NCBI GenBank assembly: GCA_009914755.4
Contig: CP068257.2
Coordinates: 34,336,001 to 34,400,000, forward strand
Source: the human T2T-CHM13v2.0 reference genome, Homo sapiens
Reading direction: 5' to 3'
DNA length: 64,000 bases
Shown: positions 1 to 12,475 of the stretch, piece by piece
Numbering within the stretch: position 1 is the stretch's first letter
Layout: each line of letters starts with the position of its first letter
Notes under the pieces: generated by a model
The model's database searches: none
Told to the model about the DNA's origin: nothing
What the model saw: the letters and a program-made list of their open reading frames with translations, nothing else
Position numbers and translations under genes: made by a program

Positions 1-1725
1 ATGCTTTTGCTTTTCATGTCAGACCCAATGCCTCTGTGCCACTGCCCGATAGAAAAGAAAGATTGTGGAGGACGTAAGTGCTAGAATCATCACATGAACA
101 TCTTCAGGGACAATGTTCTAGAGGCTCACCTCTATGGTCCTTCAGATGGGAAATAGCAATATCATTTCAGGAAATATCAATGAATTTAATAACTAAACAT
201 TTCCTGTAAAGAGATAAAGGAAAGAATGACACATTCAGCTGGCAAAAACTTTGGTGTCTAATATATGCCAACTCTTCCTTCTCTAAAGGCTTCAAAAGTC
301 AAGGCCCATGTGAATACAGAAACATCACTGATTGAGATGAGCATGGTTATTCAATATACTTCTGCCATAATGACACTTCCAAATGCTATCTAAGAGTTTT
401 TCTGCAAGGAGTTTGGAATCGCTCATGTAAACCCATTGATATTTTTGTTACATTGCAAGGTTTTTCCCCTAAAGTAAGGATCAGACAACAGCCTTCAATG
501 ATAATTTTTTAAAAAGCTTCCTGCTTTTTTTTTTATGGAAGTTTTCTTTTTCAAAGGTGAAGGATGTTGTTTCTCATGATAGCTTTGTTGCCACCAACAG
601 AAACTCAAAGTAGAGATCTAGAGGTGAATCAGGTAGGATTACCTACATTGCTGTTCTTGGAACGCAGCTCCACTTATGGGAGAATTGTCAACTATTTTAA
701 TATTCTATTTTCCAGGAAAACATAGTCCCATGTTCAACAGAAGCCCAGAAAATTCCAAAGCAGACAATCAACAAAGCAGACTCTGTCACCAGGCAAGATA
801 CAACTACATCTGGGTCAACAACATGAAGAAATACGTTATCACTGTGTAAATACGAACAGTTCCAGGAAACAGATCTTTGCATTCCTGCCTTTTGTTTCAC
901 TGAAACCAGGACATGGAGCTCATGCTTCCAGACAAATGTCAAGTCTACTTTGACCCTGGCTTTCCCCAAGTACATGAACCCTCCAGGGAGGCAGAGAGTT
1001 GCCTGGCTGAAACCAAAGAATCTTCTGGCCACCCCCAAACCTGCCCCTGGCAGTGGCCTATACAAAGTAAGTCTGAGAAATGTAATACATCTTAGGAATG
1101 CACCTGGAAAATAGCAATATTATATCCACCCAGGGAAAAGTCTTCCTGGGGATTAGAGTGGGCTCTGAAATTTGAGGCTTCTCAAGCTTTCATAATTGTT
1201 ATCCCAATTAATGTAACTGCAGACACCATTCTTATATTCCCAGGTACAATAATGTCCCGTTCCTTTGAAGCTCATCAAGCCATTTGCTTCAACACTTGAG
1301 GAGGCAAGCCCCAAGGTTAACAGCCCTCCACGTGAGCCTCTCATCTGCCTGCTGTACAAATGTGTTTTCTTTGCATTTCAGTCATGCCCTGACCTTGGAG
1401 AGGACGATGTAAAGGGGAATGCCTAATTAACTTTCCATTTATAAACCAATTATTTTACTATTGGCACCTTCATTCTGCAATCACTGACATAAAATCTTTT
1501 ACAAAACAAAATGTAATAAATGAGAAATCGATTGGATTTTTTTTAAGTTTGCTTTGAAGTCAGCCATTAATAAGAAATGTCCTTTAATAAGAGAGATCTG
1601 TCTATAGAAGTTCCTCGACGTCAGAGCCCAGCTGTGCGGCTGCTGGAGGAGACGAAGCCGCATTCAATCAAGGCTTTGGAACTCTTCCTTGTTCATCTTT
1701 AACTGCAAGGACAGAGGCGTACTAT

Positions 1726-1875
1726 TTTTCTTTTTTTTTTTTTTTTTTTTTTTTGGTAGAGAGGGGGGTCTCCGTAGGTTGCTCAGGCTGGTCTCAATCT
1801 CCTGGACTCAAGCAATTCTCCTGTCTTGGCCTCCCAAAGTGCTGAGATTACAGGTGTGAGCCACCACACCCAGCC
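1726..1875 (-). mobile_element. Free left Alu monomer (FLAM-like) with ~29-nt poly-T head
   Basis: Reverse complement of Alu left monomer: '...ggcctcccaaagtgctgagattacaggtgtgagccaccacacccagcc', preceded by T29. Only one monomer is present. Confidence 0.8.
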
Positions 1876-3968
1876 AGTACCAGAACTACTGCTTTTCTCC
1901 TTAAAAAAGAGGGAAAGAATGTTTTCACATAGATCTTCATGTGCTAAAATCACACCAAAAACTCATGCAAGGTCAATGAAGAACAAAGTTCTCTGCTCCC
2001 ACCACAGAATCTTTGCATTGACTGTCACTGTCCCGGACACTCTTTCCCAGAGGTCAGCATGGTTCTCTCCTTTATCTTCTTCAGTTCATCATCAAGTGTC
2101 ACCTTTTGGTGAGACCTTCCCTCACCACCCTACTGACAACTATAAACCAGCAGCCCCGACATCTGCATCCCTTCTCCACCCTGCTTTCCTCCATAGCACT
2201 CCCATGCTTGACATTCTTTACATTGGGTCTACTCCTCCCTTTTGATTATTCCACGCCTCCCCACCATGAGAATGTAAGCTCCATGAGGACAGGAAGATCC
2301 CAGCAACACCTAGAACAGAAGCCAACATAGAGCCAGCACTCAATAAATATAATGAGACGTATACATAAAGTATTTACAATGGAAAGTCAAAATACCGCTG
2401 CCCATCATGAGCAAGTCATTCCCCTTCTCCCCACAAAGATAGACAGTGTGGTGAAGCCACTGCCCAGGTGAGTCGAGAACAAAGAAGAGAGAGAAAAACT
2501 GCTCCTGTTCTCCAACATCAGATACAAAGCACCGTGCCTTCCATGTCACCTGGGAGCCCAGACTCAGGCAGCTACCATGATCCCTGCCCACACCTCCACC
2601 TGAAACTCCAGAGGGAAGAGGGGTAATGTTCCCTCTGGCTTCTAGCTTGCTCGTGGCTTGCTGGTGAGTTGTATCCAGGGCCAGCTCCATGGGAACTGCT
2701 GTAGTCACACCCAGGGTCCCATACTCAGAAGAGTCCCAAGCTTGGTTTCATGCTCTGCTGTGGCCGTCTGGAAATTCTTTCCAATTTTACCTTTGAACTT
2801 GGGACAGTGGAGCATGCATATGAGCAGAAGAGATTCATAAAACCAAAAGAAAAACTTTATATTTTAGTACCTTTAGCAGCACTTTTTTCTCTGCTTTTTC
2901 AACAAGCAGATCCACATTTTCTTTTTGTACTGAGCCCTAAAAATTACGTAGTTGGTCCTGGATGCATTCATGTTCTTTGTGGAGGGAAAACTTTCTAAGG
3001 TGGAGAAAATCCACTCTGTCTAATGGTTCTGTTCTCCCAACTTGATAGAGGTGTGGCCATCTCTTTCTGGCTAACAACAGCAACAACAAAGCTTAGATTC
3101 TAATAAATCCCAAATCAAGGAGAATAATTGAGCTGATTAGTTGCTTTGAAGGAAAGAAATAATACAGAAAATTCTTTTATAAAAATAATTACTGGAAATT
3201 TTAATAAGCTAATTTAATAAATTTTCCCAGCTAATAAGAGTAGCTGGGAAACTACTTTTGTTGTTGGGAAGCTATTTTTGTTGTTTGGAAACTTCAGAAA
3301 GTTATTTACTGAAGTCATATGACAATTTCTACTACATGTGCACCATGTACCAAAAGGGAATTGTTTAATCCACCTCTTCCCAAGGGCAGAGTCAGGATTC
3401 GTGGACATAAAACCCAAGGCTTTACAAATACTGAAGAGAACTTGGCTATTCAACAATTATGTGTATTAACAAAAGGCAAAATGCATCATTAATTCTATAA
3501 CTTTCTAATTTTGAGAAAACTCCATAGACTCACAGGTTAAATTAAAATAGAAAAAATTTAAATGAATTGCTAAAATGTAAAAGTTAGATGGATCATTCGT
3601 ATGTTGAATGATAATGATATCCAAATTTGATAAATTTCAAAAGATCAAAAAGTTTAACTTCATATAACTTGTGATGGTTAATACTGAGTGTCAACTTGAT
3701 TGGATTGAAGGATACAAAGTATTGATCCTGGGTGTGTCTGTGAGGGTGTTGCCGAAAGAGATTAACATTTGAGTCAGTAGGGTGGGGAAGGCAGATTCAC
3801 CCTTAACCTGGAGGACACAATCTAATCAGCTGCCAACAAACAAAAAGCAGGCAGAAAAACGTGAAAAGGAAAGACTGGCCTAGCCTCCCAGCCTACGTCT
3901 TTCTCCCGTGCTGGATGCTCCCTGCCCTCAGACATCAGACTGCAAGTTCTTCAGTTTTAGGACTCAGA

Positions 3969-3972
<4 letters not shown>

Positions 3973-4035
<63 letters not shown>

Positions 4036-4082
4036 CACATATACATATATTTATATATATACACACATATACATATATATAC
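3973..4082. repeat. Compound microsatellite (TA)n(CA)n with degenerate TA/CA tail
   Basis: Direct reading: (at)~16 then (ac)~13, followed by mixed atac/atat units. Confidence 0.95.
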
Positions 4083-4323
4083 GTATCTTCTATTAGTTCT
4101 GCCCCTCTAGAGAACCCTAATACACCAACAGAGTCATATTTTCCCAATTTGTCAATCCTTCCCTATTTCTCTGTCTCTACTATTCTATAAAAGATAATAC
4201 AAGACCTAGGAAATAAAATCAAACACCTACAGAAGTCAGACATGTAACATAAACATGTGAACCAGGCTGAATACAAGACAGAAGGGGTAAGACAGTGGGA
4301 CTGCATGTGTACCTTCTAAAACT

Positions 4324-4624
4324 TTTTTTTTTTTTTTTTTTTGAGGCAGAATCTTCCTTTGTCACCCAAGCTGGAGCACAGTGACGCAATCTCAGTTCAC
4401 TGCAACCTCCACCTCCTAGGTTCAAGCAATTCTCCTGCCTCAGGCTCCCAAGTAGCTGGGATTACAGGCATGCACCACCACACCCAGCTAATTTTTGTAT
4501 TTTTAGTAGAGACGTGGTTTCACCATTTTGGCCAGGCTGGTCTCAAACTCCTGACCTCAAGTGATCCACTCGCCTCAGCTTCCCAAAGTGCTGGAATTAC
4601 AGGTGTCAGCCACCATGCCTGCCC
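4324..4624 (-). mobile_element. Alu SINE, full length
   Basis: T19 head then 'gaggcagaatcttcctttgtcacccaagctggagcacagtg...', ending 'ggtgtcagccaccatgcctgccc'. Dimeric Alu in reverse complement. Confidence 0.9.
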
Positions 4625-6635
4625 ACTTTTTTTAATCAAGGAATCTTCTGAATTTTTAATCAAATCAGGATCTTCTGAAAAGCATAAACCAGGGCAGGAT
4701 TCAATGTACAAGTAATTTATTAAGAGAAGCGCCTATGAGTCTCTTATTCAGGCTGCTATAACAAAATATCATAGACTAGGTGGCTTATTAACAGCTGAAC
4801 ATGATTTCTCACAGTGCCAGAGGCTGAAAGTTGGACATCAGGATGCCAGCAGCAGTGTTAGGTTCTGGGGAGGGCTCTCTTCTGGGTTGCAGGCAGCTGA
4901 CTTCTTGTTACATCTTCATATGGCAAGACAGGACAAAAGAACTCTCTGAGTGTCTTTAAAGGGAACTAATACCATTCATGAGGCTCCACCCTCATGACCT
5001 AATCACCTCCCAAAGGCCATCACATTGAGATTAGAGTTTCAACATATGAATCTGGGGGGCAAAGACATTCAGTCCATAACAGAGACAACATGAGGAGCAG
5101 GCTACTAGAGATGTTAGACCATCGTGTAGGTCTGACCTGCATGAAGGAGAGAGGGAAGGAAGCAAGGTGAATTAGATGCTTCCTCAACTACAGTGCATTT
5201 CTCCAGGAAGTTCTGCAAGGCCAGTTGGGAGGCATCAAGCCACAGTCAGAGGCATCACCTCTCCCAGAAACAGGCCTGTCTGGGTATCCCACCTTGCTCA
5301 GTCATGAAAAGCAAGGTCTCGGGCCGATCAGTGATGGATTTCAAAGCACAGCAGCTGGGGCTGTTGGTCAACGATGCCAACTGCAGTCATAGATCTGAGG
5401 CCATTCTCATATTCTCCATAGTGCCCAATAGAATACACCTGAAGGCTAGCAATCTGAGCCTGCCTAGGCCCTTGTTAAACTCTCATGCTTCATTCTCTCA
5501 CCAACTGTCATCTCTCCATGCCTATACCTCACTACCGACCAAATGAAAGTGTAGCTATCCATTCCATTCAGAAACATGGAAAGAATTCATTCCTTGAAAA
5601 ACAGACCTTGCAGGACCTGTGCTAGGAGCAGACACAACTTCTAAACAAGCTGTCCTTACAGATCTGTTGGAAATCAGTCACTGGAGCTGCCTTCAGGCCA
5701 GAAAGTTTGCATCAGGTGTTCAGGTTGTTCTGTTTCCCCACAGAGGTCACAATGCCCTTGACTGAATGTGGCTCCATGGTTGGATAACTTATGCAGGAAT
5801 AAACCACAATTAAAAAAATAATAACAAATGTTTATGCCAGCTTTTGAATCATAAAGCAATTTCCCATCCTTTCCTTTTCATACAGAAAAGTGTTCCCCTT
5901 AGGAAACTTCCAATGATGCCACTGATTCTTCCATGGATGCAAAAAATTGTGTTAGTGTTGTATTTTCAAGGTTGAGAAGGAAAAAACAAAAACAGCACTA
6001 GCAAACCGAGAACCTGTGAAAATATCGGTGGTAGTGTTGCCACACAGAGAGACTGAAAATATAATGGCTGCATTCCCCAAGGTAGTCTCAAGTTACCAAA
6101 ATCATTCTGTGGAAGGCCGAGAGAAAATAAAGGAAAAGATCCCTGTAAATACGGAAGCAGTGAAGAGAGTAGCAATAGAAGGGCAGCCCTTTAAAAACAA
6201 AGGAATTATAAAACATGAAGGAAGACTAACAGCTAAGCCTTCAGAGGAACCAGAAGAAAACAGGCAACTGCCAGAAAGCCCAAGAACCCTCATACTCAAC
6301 GTGTTCCCCAGAAAACACCCTGCCCTAATGTGTGGGTTTGTTGTTTTTGTTGTTTTCAGGAAATGGAAACCCCATTTCTTCCATTGTACTCATCAGAAAC
6401 CTATCCATGTTTGACAACTTCTCTCCTTCACTCCTATACAACCACATCACCCAGTCTTCTTGGTTTCATTTTCTCTTGAATCCATCCACTTCTCTTAACC
6501 CTAATGTCCACCCTGGTCCAAGTAAAGGTCACATTTTGCCTACTCTTTAACGATGGACCATCCAGCTGGTCTCCTTGAGTCAACTCTTGCTCCACACGCC
6601 CATCATTCTCTAAAGAGTCCTCAGTGGTCTTCTTA

Positions 6636-6928
<293 letters not shown>

Positions 6929-7272
6929 TGGGATCATATTGTTCCACTGTAGTCTAAACCTCTCTAGTGGGTTCCAATCCAGTTTTCATCACAAAATCCC
7001 TCATGCTTGACAAGATCCTGCATGTTTGTAACCCCTCCCTCTCTAACATATCCGCCCCATCTCCTCAGTCCCTACACAGCAACCACACGGGCTTTCTTTG
7101 GGTTCATCAAATATTGTGCTCCATCTTGCCTCAGAGCCTTTGCAAATACTCTCCCCTCCACCTTTCCTCCCTCTCTTTGCCTATTACTTCCTGCATTTCC
7201 TGAAGCGCAGAAGCCAGTTCCTCAGGAAAACCTTTCCTAACATGCCCTGCCTACCCCATCCCAGAATAACTC

Positions 7273-7358
7273 AGTCTCTCTCTCTCTCTCTCTCTCTCTC
7301 TATACATATATATACATATACATATATATATACACATGTGTATATGTATATATATATA
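7273..7358. repeat. Microsatellite block (CT)~16 followed by (TA)/(CA)-mixed repeats
   Basis: 'ctctctctctctctctctctctctctctc' then 'tatacatatatatacatatacatatatatatacacatgtgtatatgtatatatatata'. Confidence 0.95.
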
Positions 7359-7515
7359 TTACACTTTTTATAGCATGGCTGACATTTTTAGCATATTTGT
7401 AGGGTGGTTTGACTAATCTCTGTTTTTCTGTCTAGACTTAACGCAGGAACTATGCCTGCCTTTAATTTTCTCAATTATTTCACCTGTGGCTAGCCCAGCA
7501 CCTGGCACATAGATG

Positions 7516-7561
7516 AATAATTGGATGGATGGATAGATGGATGGATGGATGGATGGATGGT
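7516..7561. repeat. (GGAT)n tetranucleotide microsatellite
   Basis: 'ggatggatggatagatggatggatggatggatggatgg'. Confidence 0.95.
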
Positions 7562-8076
7562 CAATTGATCCATTGATTGACTGATTGCTAAGTACCAGAA
7601 TATTATAAAGCCATAAGCCAGAATATTATAAATCCATAAGCCATCTTTCCAGGGGCAGAAATAAATATCAAATGTAGATAAAGGCTAATAGGTAAATATA
7701 CCACTTTTTTAATGTTTTAATTGCTGAATAGGTGCTATATTCACATACTTCAAATCTAAAAGATGTCCACTGAGAATATTTGCTCCTGTTCTGTGTCCTT
7801 CCACTCCATTTTTCACTGCCTTTATAAGTAACTAGTTCAGTAAGTATCTTGTATTCGTTGTGTTTCTTTACACAGATACAAGTAAATGTTATTTTCACTT
7901 TCTTACACAAAAGAGAGAATAGTAGACACAGTGTTTGACACATTGGATTTTGTTGTTGCTTTTGTTTAAGGTAACAACATACCCCAAAGCTCTCTGATTC
8001 ATTCCCTAAGAGCTTCCTTACTCTTTTGTACAGTTCCATGGCAGTCCATTGTATGGATGCAGCATCCTTTATTTAA

Positions 8077-8378
<302 letters not shown>

Positions 8379-8768
8379 GACCCATAGCATTTTAAAGTAA
8401 AGGTTCATAAAAGTTGAAAAAAGGTAAGTTAGGAGGTGGTGGAGTAAGCCTTAAAGACAGAAATGCCTGGGTTTGAATATGAGTTCTGGCCATCATCAGC
8501 TATGTCAACTTGAGTTAGATAAACTTTCTGAGCCTCAGTTTCCTCATCTATAAAATGGAGACAATATTCCTCTAGACATGGCTGAGGATGAAACAGAATA
8601 ACACAAATGAAGCATTTAACTTCTCTTGCATGCTCTCACGCAATCCATCACTTCAAACATCACCCATCAAGGAAGGCTCCCAAGTCTCCTTCTTCAGCTG
8701 AAACCTGCCCTGTTTTTCCAGGTACCTGCTGGATTCTTCCTCTTTTATGTCTTGTATGCCCCCAATCT

Positions 8769-9054
<286 letters not shown>

Positions 9055-9814
9055 CCACATCTTTAAATTACAAAATATCCAGAACAAAACCTTCTCAAAA
9101 ATGCCATTTAAAACTGTATTATTTTCCTGCACTTCCCATTTACCCAAAGACCAAGATAACTGAGAGTTTTCTTCTACCCCTGCTTCTCCCTTTACCCACA
9201 CTCTCAATTCAGTCACCAACTCCTGATAATTTTTTTCTCCCAAATCTTCTGGAATCTGTTTCTTCCATTTATTTCCATTCTGACCCAGAACAGGTGCCCA
9301 AGGTTTCCCAACCAGACTATTGCAAAAAAAGGGGGGCCAGACTAGTTTGACTGACTCTGGTTTCATAACCTTTCAGGACAACCTCTCTAACCAGTCCAAA
9401 AGTGATCTTTCTAGAATACAAACCAGGCCTTGTTTCTCATTTGTTTGCCCTCCACCTTCTGTGGGTGGGTGTCTAAAGGAATAGCATGTAAACCATATAA
9501 ACCACAGCCTTCTCCCAGGCCGCACCTCCAGCCCCTCTCCTGGCCTCTGGCCACAGCAAACTTCTGCCTTCCTCTGGGAAACTCTCTCTCTCAAGCCTCC
9601 TTCTCTTTGCACAGGGAACTTTTCTATATGCTGTTCATTCGCTCATTCATTCAGCAAATATTTTTAAGAGCCTGATATATGCCAATTATCCTTTAACTTT
9701 AAAAAGGATGGTCTGGCATGCCCCAGACTACTTAACTCCTAGAAACTTCGTTGATGTAACAGACTCCTGAATTTGCATAGGGTTGACCTCCCACCACTGG
9801 TACACAGGTGTCTT

Positions 9815-10035
9815 CTAGGACAGTGTTTCCCAACCTTGACACTATTGGCATTTGGAGCCAGATAATTCTTTGTTTGGGTAGGGGGCTATCCTTTGTGTTG
9901 TAGGGTGTACAGAAGCATCCCTGAACTCTACCCAGTAGATGCCAGTTGCTCACGTCAACCAATTATAACAACCAAAATATCTGCAGATGTTCCCAAATAT
10001 CCCCTGGGGGTTAAAATCATCCCAGGTTGATGCCC
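9815..10035. mobile_element. Non-autonomous DNA transposon copy, family not named with confidence. Family ends resemble '(c)agtgtttcccaacc ... ggttgagaacc'.
   Basis: 'ggacagtgtttcccaaccttgacactattggcatttggagccagataattctttgtttgggtagggggctatcctttgtgttgtagggtgtacagaagcatccctgaactctacccagtagatgccag...caaccaaaatatctgcagatgttcccaaatatcccctgggggttaaaatcatcccaggttga'. A sibling copy lies at 31261-31510. Confidence 0.55.
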
Positions 10036-11049
10036 TGTATTAGGGCATCTATGATACTTGCTACTCCCAAATCAGTAAGTCCAATTAGCATGATGTCACT
10101 AATAGGTGAGACAGAGCAATGTTCTGCAGAATGTCAGCATGATCAAGATCCCTGCAGACATGCAGATAGTGAATGTATACTGCTATCCTTGCCACGGAAA
10201 GGCCAACCACTGCAGAGTCCCCCTATTGATGGAGGTTGACAAGAAATCATTTGCCAGATCAGTAGTCACATATGAAGTTTGAGAAGGCGTGTTGCTCTTC
10301 ATCAGTAAATATAGCAAACCCAGCACAACAGCTTCAAGGGGCTATCACCTAATAGCATCTGCCATCATTTATCTGGTTTTTACACGGACACAGTGGGTAA
10401 ACTGAATGGAGATATTATGGGGACCACCACCTCCTTGCAGCTTTGATGTTCTTGATGATAGCAATCATATCTGTACTTCCTCCTGGAATGCCTTGTTATT
10501 CCTGATTGCCATCTTGAATAATGGGGAAAGAACAGTTTCCGATACTTTACTTGGCCCTTCCCACCATAGTTCCTTACTCCATAAGTGGGAGTTCTGCCAA
10601 CCACTAAATATATCTACCCCAATTGTATATTTGGGGACCTGATAAATAACCACAGGGTAGTTTTTGGACCCAGTGGACCAAATGGACCCATTGTGAAACA
10701 GACTTGGGGTAAAACTCTATTTATCACCAGACTTCCTAAAACTGCCAATCTAACGGGACAGGGCAGGTGGGGAGGGACAACATAAGGCATTTAATATTCC
10801 TTGGTATCATTTAAGATCCCTTGGTATTGAAGCAGCTATGTTGTCTGGGGTAAATACCTAGGGTTTGTCATCTCACACCAGGAAAATTTAGGACACAGAC
10901 ACACATGAGGCATTTAGGAGCAGAAGTTTAATAGGCAAAAGAAAAAGAAAGGAAAACAGCTCTCTTTCTCTAGTGAGAGGGAGGGAACTTCCGAGAGGAA
11001 AAGGCCCGCTGGCGGCAGATGCGCCAGATTTTATAGTCAGGCTTGAGGA

Positions 11050-11192
11050 GGCGGTGTCTGATTTACATAGGGCCCACAGATTGGTTCAAGGTGGTGCCTG
11101 ATTTACATAGGACTCACAGATTGGTTCAAGGTGGTGTCTGATTTACGTAGGGCTCACAGATTGGTTCAATCAGGTATGATGTTTACATACCA
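11050..11192. repeat. Tandem repeat, 40-bp unit x ~3.5
   Basis: Unit 'gtggtg(c/t)ctgatttaca(t/c)aggg(c/a)c(c/t)cacagattggttcaag' is repeated head to tail. Each unit carries an ATTGG (inverted CCAAT) motif. Confidence 0.9.
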
Positions 11193-11686
11193 CTGGGGAA
11201 GGCTGGCCACCCACCCTAATCTTACTTAGCAAATGAAATTTCCCCTTGGCTGGGTCATGTTGTCTGTTCTTTACTGTACACGTGGCTATCAAAGAAAAGG
11301 GAAGATGGAGTTGCTATCTTGAACATGATTGGCACAGCTGCCAGCATCTATGTTGGCAGCTTGATTTTACAGGCTGCTCTTTGTTAGAAAATGATTTGGG
11401 GCTGCTTTTCATTAAAGGAAAAACCTTACCGAGGATTTCCGTACCCTCACTACCTGCCTAAGTAATTTCTTCTTAACTCCTTATCAGTATCAGCTCAAAC
11501 CTTGTATATTACTAATCCTCAAAAAGTCTGAATTGTCCCTATTCTCTGGCACTAGTTACTTGGGGAAATGGGTGCAAATTCCTTAAAGGGGAAGATTAGA
11601 AGAACACATTTTCAGGTATACTGTGGAAAATAGAAGGGTCCTTCTTCAAGGAAGCCTAAGTCTTCCCCTCAATCCACACATCAGTC

Positions 11687-11899
11687 ATTGCAATAAAAAA
11701 TTGTAGACTCTCACTCAGTTTTCAAATGTATTTGGTTGGTGCAAAAATAATTGCAATTTTGCCATTAAAAGTCATGGCCAAAACCACAATTACTTTTGCA
11801 TCAACCTAATAAGCCAGTTTGAAAACTTTACTTCAAGCCGGTTTTCAAACTGGCTTACATTTGAAAACTGAGTGAGAGTCCACAATTTTTTATTGCAAG
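11687..11899. mobile_element. Palindromic MITE-like element with 44-bp terminal inverted repeats, carrying a MADE1 insertion and an inner 45-bp hairpin
   Basis: Arm 'cattgcaataaaaaattgtagactctcactcagttttcaaatgta' (11687-11730) has its reverse complement at 11856-11899. An inner palindrome 'aagccagtttgaaaac...gttttcaaactggctt' lies at 11812-11856. Confidence 0.7.
11731..11809. mobile_element. MADE1 (Hsmar1-derived 80-bp MITE) with flanking TA
   Basis: 'tttggttggtgcaaaaataattgcaattttgccattaaaagtcatggccaaaaccacaattacttttgcatcaacctaa' matches the canonical MADE1 palindrome 'ttaggttggtgcaaaagtaattgcgg...ccgcaattacttttgcaccaacctaa'. TA is present on both sides. Confidence 0.85.
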
Positions 11900-12179
11900 G
11901 GCTGATGTCAACCTTCTATTCTCCAGCTTTCTTTTTATTATTATTATACAATCTTAATAACATCCTAGTTAGCTGTCCTTCTGTCTCATGCCTAGGAACA
12001 CCAGGATCTCTTAACCATTGCTACAAATCTCTGAAGGTTGAGGCACCCTAAGTACTATTCTGCAGTGTTTCCAATTATAATCATTATGGCCACCTTGCCT
12101 CTGGTGGTTACGAGTTGCCTTCTAGTTTTATAATTCTGGAATCTCACTATCCCCATTGATATAAAGAAGTTCAGTTGCA

Positions 12180-12475
12180 GCCGGGTGCAGTGGCTCACTC
12201 CTGTAATCTCAGCACTTTGGGAGGCCGAGGCAGGAGGATTGCTTGAGGTCAGGAGTTCAAGACCAGCCTGGCCAACATGGTGAAACCCCATCTCTACTAA
12301 AAATACAAAAATTAGCCGGGCATGGTGGTGGGTGCCTATAATCTCAGCCAAGGCAGGAGAATTGCTTGAACCCAGGAGATGGATGTTACAGTGAGCCCAG
12401 ATTGCACCAATGCACTCCAGCCTGGGCAACAGAGTGAGACTCCTATTAAAAAAAAAAAAAAAGAAGAAGAAGAAG
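12180..12475 (+). mobile_element. Alu SINE with A-rich/(GAA)n tail
   Basis: 'gccgggtgcagtggctcactcctgtaatctcagcactttgggaggccgaggcaggagg...gcactccagcctgggcaacagagtgagactcctattaaaaaaaaaaaaaaagaagaagaag'. Confidence 0.9.

Noticed and set aside
6016-6414. 132-aa ORF 'MKISVVVLPHRETENIMAAFPKVVSSYQNHSVEGREKIKEKIP...'
   Set aside because: It is lysine/glutamate-rich and looks vaguely protein-like, but it matches no known protein and lacks any supporting gene structure. It is most likely chance in an A-rich region.
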